Of a stretch of 64,000 bases of DNA, positions 57,290 to 64,000 are shown piece by piece. Position numbers and translations under genes: made by a program. The DNA is from Candidatus Tectimicrobiota bacterium (GTDB lineage: Bacteria > JACPUC01): positions 124,001 to 188,000 of the forward strand of contig JACPUC010000003.1 in assembly GCA_016192455.1 (NCBI GenBank), given 5' to 3'. The stretch's first letter is position 1, and every line of letters begins with the position of its first letter. The notes beneath the pieces are model-generated. The model was not told where the DNA came from, searched no databases, and saw nothing but the letters and a program-made list of their open reading frames with translations.

Positions 57290-57535
57290 ATGCGCCTCCT
57301 CCTCTATGCCGTCCTCATCCTGATCGCGTACTACGTCGGGCGCAACCTCCTCAAGAGCCCCGGCAAACGCGCCGCCAATCCCCCGGCGGAGAAGCAGGGC
57401 GCCGTCATCAACGAGATGGTGAAGTGTCCCGTCTGTGGGACCTACGTGCCGCAATCCCAGGCGATTGTCAGGCGCCTGGGGCGCCAGGCGTATGCATGCT
57501 GCAGCGAAGAGTGCGCGGCCAGCTTGCGCGCCTGA
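57290..57535 (+). CDS. Small membrane-anchored PP0621/TRASH(YHS)-like Cys protein
   Basis: N-terminal TM helix, EMVKCPVCGTYVP...CCSEEC. Confidence 0.75.
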   Translation: MRLLLYAVLILIAYYVGRNLLKSPGKRAANPPAEKQGAVINEMVKCPVCGTYVPQSQAIVRRLGRQAYACCSEECAASLRA

Positions 57536-57919
57536 GGCCCGCCGCGCCTCCCTGCCGCGGCCTCCCCCACTACCTCTGCGCCGCCCGCCGCCACGCTCGC
57601 GCCGAGCCGCGCCCGCGGCCGCAGCCGCGAGTCCGCGCCGCGACGGCGAGCTGCCTGCTTGCGTTGGGTTCGGCAAGGGCCAACATTAGCCGTGGGTCCT
57701 GGCGCGATCCTGGGCCGGTGAGGCCAGCGTCCGGCAGGGAGAAGCCGGGCGCCGGTGGCGCAGCATGGTCGTCCCGGTCTCATCTTGGTGGCGGAGCTCG
57801 CGGCGGCGTCACGTTGGGCGCGCCGCTCATGCTCGCACCCAATCCACGCGAGGCCGAAGCCAGCCCTTCGTCTTCCGCCGCCGCTGTCACCCGCTGCTTC
57901 CCTGAGAGGAACGAGAGGA

Positions 57920-59179
57920 ATGGCCGTAGCCCAAGCAGTCCTGAGCGCCTATGAGAATGCTCTTGGTCAGTTCGACCGCGCCGCCCGCTACATCAAGCTG
58001 GAGGCCGGCATGTACGACATCCTGCGGGCGTGCAAGCGTGAGCTTACCACCCATTTCCCGGTGCGCATGGATGATGGCGCCATCCGCGTCTTCACCGGCT
58101 ATCGCATCCAGCACAACCTGGCGCGCGGGCCCGCCAAGGGGGGCATCCGCTACTACCCCAAGGTGAACCTCGATGAGGTGCGCGCCCTGGCGATGTGGAT
58201 GACCTGGAAGTGCGCCGTGGTGAATATCCCCTTCGGCGGCGCCAAGGGTGGGGTTGCCTGTGATGCAAAATCCATGAGCCTGGCGGAGCTGGAGCGCCTG
58301 ACCCGCCGCTTCACCTCCGAAATCTCGCTCCTGCTCGGACCGGAACGGGACATTCTGGCCCCCGACATGTACACGAACGCGCAGGTCATGGGCTGGATGA
58401 TGGACACCTACAGCATGAACAAGGGCTACTCCGTCCCCGGCGTGGTCACCGGCAAGCCCCTCTCCATTGGCGGTTCGCGGGGGCGGGTGGACGCCACGGG
58501 CCGCGGCTGCTTCTACATCATCATGGAAGCCGCGCGGGTGCTCGATCTCGACCTGCTGTCGAGCACCGTGTCGGTGCAGGGCTTCGGCAACGCCGGCATT
58601 TCCGTGGCAAGCCGCATGCACGAGCTGGGCAGCAAGGTCATCGCCGTCAGCGACTCGAGCGGCGGGGTGATCAATCAGCGCGGCTTGAACATCCGCGAGC
58701 TCATCCGGCATAAGACGGAAACCGGCTCCGTGGTCGGCTTCCCCGACACCGAGAGCTGCTCTCCCACGGATGTCCTGGAAATCCCCTGCGACGTGCTCAT
58801 CCCGGCAGCGATGGAGAACCAGGTCACCGGCGACAACGCCGAGCGGGTGAGGGCGAAGCTGGTCGCCGAGTGCGCCAACGGCCCGCTGACCCTCGAGGCC
58901 GATGATATCCTGCACGAGAAGGGCGTTTTCCTCCTGCCCGATATCCTGGCGAATGCCGGCGGCGTGGTCGTTTCCTACTTCGAGTGGGTGCAGAACCTCC
59001 AGGAGCTGTTCTGGAAGGAAGACCACATCCACCAGCAGTTGCGCGAGATCATGAGCGGGGCGTTCGCGCGCGTCTACGAGAAGGCCCAGCTCCTCGACGT
59101 GGATATGCGCACCGCCGCCATGGCGGTGGCCATCAGCACCGTGCAGGAAGCGACGATGATGCGCGGCATCTTCCCGTAG
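57920..59179 (+). CDS. gdhA: Glu/Leu/Phe/Val dehydrogenase (glutamate dehydrogenase)
   Basis: GPAKGGIRY, MTWKCA, PFGGAKGG, VQGFGNAG, NAGGVVVSYFEWVQN. Confidence 0.93.
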   Translation: MAVAQAVLSAYENALGQFDRAARYIKLEAGMYDILRACKRELTTHFPVRMDDGAIRVFTGYRIQHNLARGPAKGGIRYYPKVNLDEVRALAMWMTWKCAVVNIPFGGAKGGVACDAKSMSLAELERLTRRFTSEISLLLGPERDILAPDMYTNAQVMGWMMDTYSMNKGYSVPGVVTGKPLSIGGSRGRVDATGRGCFYIIMEAARVLDLDLLSSTVSVQGFGNAGISVASRMHELGSKVIAVSDSSGGVINQRGLNIRELIRHKTETGSVVGFPDTESCSPTDVLEIPCDVLIPAAMENQVTGDNAERVRAKLVAECANGPLTLEADDILHEKGVFLLPDILANAGGVVVSYFEWVQNLQELFWKEDHIHQQLREIMSGAFARVYEKAQLLDVDMRTAAMAVAISTVQEATMMRGIFP

Positions 59180-59336
59180 GCGGGCCGCGGCCCGCGCGGC
59201 GCGGGACTCCCCCTCGTGGCGTCGGCAGGAGATTGCCCGCCGCCGCGGCCCGCTTGGCCGTTGGGGGGCGCCTGGAAGGGGAGGCGTGCGACCGGGCCGG
59301 GACGCGATGCGCCGGCGCGGCCCAGCTCAATGAGGA

Positions 59337-60242
59337 GTGAAGGTGGCTGAAACCTTGCGCGAAGCCTTGGGTCGCCGCATGCTCGTGGCGGATGGGGCCA
59401 TGGGGACGATGCTGCAGAAAGCCGGTCTGAAGATCGGCGGAGCGCCCGAGGAGATGAACGTCACCCACCCCGAGGTGGTGCGCGACATCCATCGCCGCTA
59501 CTTCGAAGCCGGCAGTGATTTCGTCCTCACGAACACCTTCGGCGGCACCGAGCTGCGCCTGCGGGAGAGCGATTTCAGCGGCAAGGTGCGCGAGTTCAAC
59601 CTGCGGGCGGTGGAGCTGGCCCGCTCGGTGGCTCCCGAGGGGCGCTTCGTGGTCGCCTCGGTCGGTCCGAGCGGTCAACTCCTTGACCCGCTCGGCACCA
59701 TGACCTATGAGGAGTGCGTGGAGAACTTTCGCGCCCAGGTCGCCGCGCTGCACGAAGCGGGGGTCGATGCCATCAACATCGAGACGATGAGCGACGCCAC
59801 CGAGGCGAAGGCGGCCATCGCGGCGGCGCGCTCCGTCTCCGCCACCCTCCTCATCATCGCCACCATGGCCTTCGACTCCGGCAAGGAAGCCCTCTTCACC
59901 ATGATGGGAGTGGATGCCGTCACCGCCGCCACCGAGCTGCTGGCGGCGGGCGCCGACGTCGTGGGCGCCAACTGCGGCACCGGCGTGGAGCAGGCGATTG
60001 TGCTCCTGCGCACCATGCGGCACGGGCGCGAAGACAAGCTCTTCAGCGCCAAACCGAACGCGGGCATCCCGGAGATCATCAACGGCGCCATCGTTTATAG
60101 CTTGACTCCGCAGATGATGGCCGAGAAGATGAAGCGCTTCGTGAAGCTGGGCGTGAACATCGTCGGCGGCTGCTGCGGCTCCACCCCGGAGCACATCCGC
60201 CTCCTCGCGGAGATGGTGGCGCGGGAGACCGGGCGGACGTAG
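59337..60242 (+). CDS. Stand-alone homocysteine S-methyltransferase domain (MetH N-terminal-like)
   Basis: DGAMGTML, TNTFG, IETM, GANCG, PNAG.P, GGCCGSTPEHI. Confidence 0.9.
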   Translation: MKVAETLREALGRRMLVADGAMGTMLQKAGLKIGGAPEEMNVTHPEVVRDIHRRYFEAGSDFVLTNTFGGTELRLRESDFSGKVREFNLRAVELARSVAPEGRFVVASVGPSGQLLDPLGTMTYEECVENFRAQVAALHEAGVDAINIETMSDATEAKAAIAAARSVSATLLIIATMAFDSGKEALFTMMGVDAVTAATELLAAGADVVGANCGTGVEQAIVLLRTMRHGREDKLFSAKPNAGIPEIINGAIVYSLTPQMMAEKMKRFVKLGVNIVGGCCGSTPEHIRLLAEMVARETGRT

Positions 60243-60371
60243 GCGGCGCCAGGCCGGCGCAGGCGCAGCCCGCCGTTCGCCCGCGGCGCCGGTCAGAGGA
60301 CACAGCTTCCACGTCTTCCAGCACACGCCCGCGGGGGGATGGCCACCTGCCGGGGCTGCGAAGGAACGGAG

Positions 60372-60590
60372 ATGGAGCAGCTCTTGCAAACCTTGGCCGG
60401 CATGTTCCTGGAGGTGCACACCGACAAGCTCATGTTCCGCGGCACCTTTACCGGAGTGACCAATCAGATGGCGCACCTCGACGAAGAGGAGGGGGGCGAG
60501 GTCTGGGTGCGGCTGGATGAGATCAAGGCGGTGCGCAACCCCAAAAAAAGCCGCAGCCAGCGGCTGAAAGCCGGGCCGCTGCAAGCCTGA
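60372..60590 (+). CDS. Small hypothetical protein, possible Sm/LSm-like beta fold
   Basis: 72 aa with GC3-biased codons; short helix followed by V.T...FRG...GV...W.RLDEI.AV strand pattern. Confidence 0.6.
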   Translation: MEQLLQTLAGMFLEVHTDKLMFRGTFTGVTNQMAHLDEEEGGEVWVRLDEIKAVRNPKKSRSQRLKAGPLQA

Positions 60591-60707
60591 CGATGGACGC
60601 GGTGCCGGGCGGCGGTCTCGCCGCGGCGCGCGCGCCTTCCTCTTCCTGGCGACCTGCTTGCTACTGCCGTGGCGGCAGGCGGCGGCGAGCGCGCTCCTTG
60701 GCGAGAG

Positions 60708-61685
60708 ATGGCGAAGCCGGCCACCGCTCGAGAGCAGCACTACCCGGAAAGAGTGCCCATGAACTATCGGGGGGGTGGAGACGAGGGCGGCGTGGAGAGG
60801 CGGTCCCGGTCGCCAGGGCGCTCCGCTAGCCAGCAGCACCAAGAGAACCTCGCCAGTGATCTCATCTTCACCTACACGTTGATGAGCGACGTCGTCATGG
60901 AGCTGCTGGAAGAGAAAGGCGTCGTCACCCGCGAGGAGGTGATGCAGAAGATTGTCGAGGTGAAGCGCGATCTGCTTGAGGCGGGGTTTCAGGAGGGTCC
61001 TGCCGAGACCGCGCCCGCAGGAGCGCCGCCACGAGAACGTCGGCAGGCGGCCGGCGGCGAGCCGACGTGGGCGCCTGAGGACGCCTACCGGGAGCAGGCG
61101 CCTCTGGACCTCTCACTGGTCGCGGACCTGCCGCGCATCATGCACCTGCCGGAGGGAGATAACGTCAACTACGAGAAGGATGCCGGAGAGACGTTCGTCA
61201 TCCCGGACCCTCGCTCCCTCAATCTCTTCGCAAACCCCGAGCTGCAGAAACGCTGCACCGCCAAGAGCATGACGGTGTGCGTGACCGGGCTGCATTTCGG
61301 GGGGCTCTCCGCTTGCCGTGAAGACCCTCTCCTGCCACAGCAACTGGTCTTGACCGTTCCCGGGCTGGCACACTGGCCCGATTACCATCAGATGCTGGCG
61401 CCGCCGGAGTACTGCGTTGGCCTCGAGCCGGAGGAGGAGGAGCGTTGGGTCTCATTCCTCGACATGATCGGCATGCTCCTCTACGACCTCGAGTTCCGCA
61501 GCTTCCTCAAGATGGAAAACTACGCCCAAGCCTTTCGCACCCTGCTGGTGGCCCTCTGCCTCTTCCATGGGGTGGGATTCCTCCTCACGGAGGATAAGCC
61601 CGCCTACCGGAAAGCGTTCCGCATCGAACGGCGCAGCCACCTGAAACTCGTGCGCCCCGCGACCTTCGAGATGCTGCTCCAGTGA
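60708..61685 (+). CDS. Hypothetical protein
   Basis: Long ORF with normal amino-acid composition and coding-like codon usage. Start uncertain (60708 or 60759). Confidence 0.7.
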   Translation: MAKPATAREQHYPERVPMNYRGGGDEGGVERRSRSPGRSASQQHQENLASDLIFTYTLMSDVVMELLEEKGVVTREEVMQKIVEVKRDLLEAGFQEGPAETAPAGAPPRERRQAAGGEPTWAPEDAYREQAPLDLSLVADLPRIMHLPEGDNVNYEKDAGETFVIPDPRSLNLFANPELQKRCTAKSMTVCVTGLHFGGLSACREDPLLPQQLVLTVPGLAHWPDYHQMLAPPEYCVGLEPEEEERWVSFLDMIGMLLYDLEFRSFLKMENYAQAFRTLLVALCLFHGVGFLLTEDKPAYRKAFRIERRSHLKLVRPATFEMLLQ

Positions 61686-61895
61686 GCCGGCTGCAGGCCG
61701 GTCCCGACTTCCCGCGCGGCGGGTCTGAGAGATTCCTGCCGGAATGACGCGCGGCGAGGCGACCCCACCGACCCCAGGCGGGGTGGAGCTCGACCTACGC
61801 GGTCATGACACCCCGATCGCGGCAGGCTGACGGCCGGCGACGTGGACGCGTTCAGCGTGGAACCTGATCTTCAGGGCTTCCGGCTCTCCCCCCCC

Positions 61896-62357
61896 TCAGC
61901 CAGCCCCGCCTTCGTCAACCAGGTAGGCGCCTTGGATGAGGCGCGCCTCCTTGCTCTCGTGCTCGTAGAGGAAGGCAAGGAGCGGCCGCAGGTCCTGGTG
62001 GATCGCCTCCAGGTTCTCCTCGCCGCCGCCTTGAAGCCGCGTCGTAAGCTGGTCGAGCTGGTCCAGGATGCGGAGATGCTCCTTCTTCAGATGAAGGAGC
62101 TTGCGCTCTTCAGTCGGACGCTGCTCCTGGATGTCCTCGAAGAGACCTCGCGGCCCCTCTTCTATGTGGAAGAGGCTCGTGAGGTGCTTCTGCAGGTTCA
62201 GAACCTGCGCCATGGTGCTGGCTCGGCGCGCCGCCGCGTCGTTCGCGCCCCCTCCATCGTCGAGAAGTTTCCCCAACTCCTTCAGCGTCCTCAGCAGATG
62301 TCTATTCTCTTCCAGGAAGCGGCGAGCTAAGGTGTGGCTGGCGCCTTCTCGTGTCAT
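61896..62357 (-). CDS. Hemerythrin-like four-helix protein (degenerate ligands)
   Basis: F..EE...LF..I, L..EH..I, HESKE..LI spacing; GAGGAG RBS. Confidence 0.65.
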   Translation of the reverse strand: MTREGASHTLARRFLEENRHLLRTLKELGKLLDDGGGANDAAARRASTMAQVLNLQKHLTSLFHIEEGPRGLFEDIQEQRPTEERKLLHLKKEHLRILDQLDQLTTRLQGGGEENLEAIHQDLRPLLAFLYEHESKEARLIQGAYLVDEGGAG

Positions 62358-62420
62358 GGCGAGCTCCTCAGTCGTGGGGCTGGTGCCTGGCGTGAGCACG
62401 CCCCCTGTTCGCACATCTGT

Positions 62421-62450
62421 ATTGTATACCTTCATTTTCGAGGCCCGCAA
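62421..62450 (-). promoter_or_regulatory. Sigma70-like promoter for hemerythrin-like gene
   Basis: TTGCGG-N18-TACAAT on minus strand. Confidence 0.45.
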
Positions 62451-62572
62451 CGTCAATCTAGGGGTTGATCCAGCCGGGAGCAGGCGGCGCGGGGCCGGCT
62501 CGCGGGGATCACCCCGCCTGCCCCCCGCTGGCCTCGCGCTTCCCCTCGAAAGCAGGAATTTCTCCGCCATCC

Positions 62573-62643
62573 CTACGAGATGTGGTGGCTTTTCCAGGAT
62601 GGGCCCCCACATATTGTGGAAAAGCTGTGGATTCTGTTGAAAG
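62573..62643. promoter_or_regulatory. Tandem NrdR-like boxes with overlapping DnaA box cluster
   Basis: 16-mers ctaCgAgATgTgGtgg (62573) and cccCcAcATaTtGtgg (62604) are 31 bp apart. TGTGGAAAA (62615) is a consensus DnaA box, followed by two degenerate boxes. Confidence 0.55.
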
Positions 62644-62770
62644 CGCGCCGCTCACCCAGCCCGGCATCGCGACAGTTCGGCGGCGGCGGTTTGGAGGCGG
62701 CCCGGCGGCGGCCAGGTCGAGCGCGGGGCGCGAGTCGGTTGGCGGGGCGCTGCCGTTCTCGGCGATTTCC

Positions 62771-62798
62771 TTGCCGCCCCTGCCAGTCGGGGTATAAT
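62771..62798 (+). promoter_or_regulatory. Sigma70-like promoter
   Basis: TTGCCG-N16-TATAAT. Confidence 0.55.
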
Positions 62799-62872
62799 AG
62801 GGGCGCTGCTGCGTGCGCCGCTGGGCACGGCGCGTTGCTGGACCGCAGCACCGATTGGGGAGGAGGAAAGAG

Positions 62873-63832
62873 ATGGCACGGAGGTTCTCTTTGAGCGCGC
62901 TGTGGGTGATCGCGCTTGCCACCCTGCTGCTGAGCTCGGCGGGTCAAGCGCAGGAGAAGATTGTCTATGGCTCGTCGACCGGCGGAGGCATTCGCCTCGT
63001 CACGGACATCATTAAGGCGCAGCGGCTTGACGAAAAGAACGGCATCGTGCTCGACTTGAAGTACTTTGCCGGCCCCAAGGGGCAGCAAGCCCTGATCCTG
63101 GGCAAGGTCGACGCCACCTACTTCTCACCGTTAACCTCCGCCTTGCAGCTTGCGGAGGGAAATCATTTCGTCAACTTCGAGATCATGATGGACAGCCACA
63201 TCTCCCTGCTGAAGCCGAAAGGCTCGCCGCTCAAATCGCTTGCCGACGTGCGGGGGAAACGTCTCGGCTTCATCCCGCGCACCTCCGCCGCCTACATGAC
63301 GTTTCGCATCCTCAATGCCATGCAAGGCCGGGACGCCGACAAGGATTTCCAGCTCATCGTCGGCAACCCCATGGCGCTGATGGCGTTTATCGCGCGGGGC
63401 GAGGTGGATGCTTCGATTCACTACGAGCCCTTCTCGACCATGCTGCTGGTGAACGGCCAGGCGGAGCAGATCGCCTGGTACGAAGACCTCTGGCGCGAGA
63501 CCACGAAGACGCCGCTGCTCTTCTCCACGCTGGCGGCCAGTCAGTCCTGGATCGACGCGCACCCGAAGGCGGCCCGCACCCTTGCCCGCATCGTCGGCGC
63601 GACGCGCGCCTGGATTGTGGCGCACCCGGACGAAGCCCTCGAGATCGGCCGCAAGGCTCTGGAGATCACCGACCCACGCGTCATCGCGGCGCTGAAGGAA
63701 CGGATGCTGCGTATCTACCGGACGCCCTGGAATGAGAAAGCGCTGGAAGCCGGACGCTGGCAAGTCGAGAAGGCTGTTGAGCTGGGGCTGGTGCCGAAAC
63801 CCACCAAGGAGATTCTCGCCCTCCTCAACTGA
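62873..63832 (+). CDS. NitT/TauT-family (NMT1/SsuA-like) ABC substrate-binding protein
   Basis: Signal peptide, SPLKSLADVRGKRLG, GEVDA...EPF, WIDAHP; GGAGGAGG RBS. Confidence 0.85.
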   Translation: MARRFSLSALWVIALATLLLSSAGQAQEKIVYGSSTGGGIRLVTDIIKAQRLDEKNGIVLDLKYFAGPKGQQALILGKVDATYFSPLTSALQLAEGNHFVNFEIMMDSHISLLKPKGSPLKSLADVRGKRLGFIPRTSAAYMTFRILNAMQGRDADKDFQLIVGNPMALMAFIARGEVDASIHYEPFSTMLLVNGQAEQIAWYEDLWRETTKTPLLFSTLAASQSWIDAHPKAARTLARIVGATRAWIVAHPDEALEIGRKALEITDPRVIAALKERMLRIYRTPWNEKALEAGRWQVEKAVELGLVPKPTKEILALLN

Positions 63833-64000
63833 CGGTGCCGCGGGCGTGCCTCGCAGCCGCCGAGCCGACGCCGCTGGTCCGAGAGATCGAGGCAGGGGAG
63901 CCGTGCCGGCCGCCGCCCGCGGGGGTGGAGCCTGCACCCCGCCGCCCGGCGCGGCGAAGCATCCCGCCGCCTCTTCACGCCGCTGGAAGGAACGATGCGC

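Noticed and set aside
61728-61750. GATTCCTGCCGGAATGAC as a second REP-like family
   Set aside because: Single short occurrence in this window; cannot be supported as a repeat.
62573-62643. Replication origin (oriC)
   Set aside because: Only one consensus DnaA box, no AT-rich unwinding element, and no dnaA/dnaN context.
62822-62840. Sigma54 promoter-like GGCACG...TTGC (similar case near 57277)
   Set aside because: GG-to-GC spacing does not fit the strict -24/-12 geometry.

Overview
High-GC (roughly 70%) bacterial chromosomal window with two parts. (1) Accessory part, 1-31 kb: a 5'-truncated PAS hybrid sensor kinase, an unannotated ~300-nt minus-strand structured transcription unit, a PqqC/CADD-like enzyme, DUF4178 and 3-hydroxyanthranilate dioxygenase. 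These are followed by a ~25-kb convergent catabolic cluster: hydantoinase/oxoprolinase B and A subunits on opposite arms, two UbiD enzymes, two CoA ligases, a three-subunit xanthine-dehydrogenase-family Mo enzyme, an SDR, two ABC importers and a membrane pyrophosphatase. (2) Mostly housekeeping part, 31-64 kb: rodZ-like, aroE, pilC-pilS-pilR, mfd, two SurA-type PPIases, S4 protein, pyrB fused to a PyrI-like Zn domain, carAB, MoxR-DUF58-transglutaminase, spoVG-like, gdhA, a stand-alone homocysteine methyltransferase domain, hypotheticals and an ABC substrate-binding protein. The gene order resembles Deltaproteobacteria-like lineages (inference only). The most notable non-coding signals are five copies of a ~180-280-bp element with degenerate terminal inverted repeats, CTAG at the junction and internal GTAG-type REP palindromes; the structured RNA candidate at 2241-2544; a terminator-type attenuator before pyrB; and tandem NrdR-like boxes with DnaA boxes but no adjacent nrd gene. 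No rRNA, tRNA, CRISPR array or transposase was recognised. All calls come from motif recognition by eye; no searches were run.
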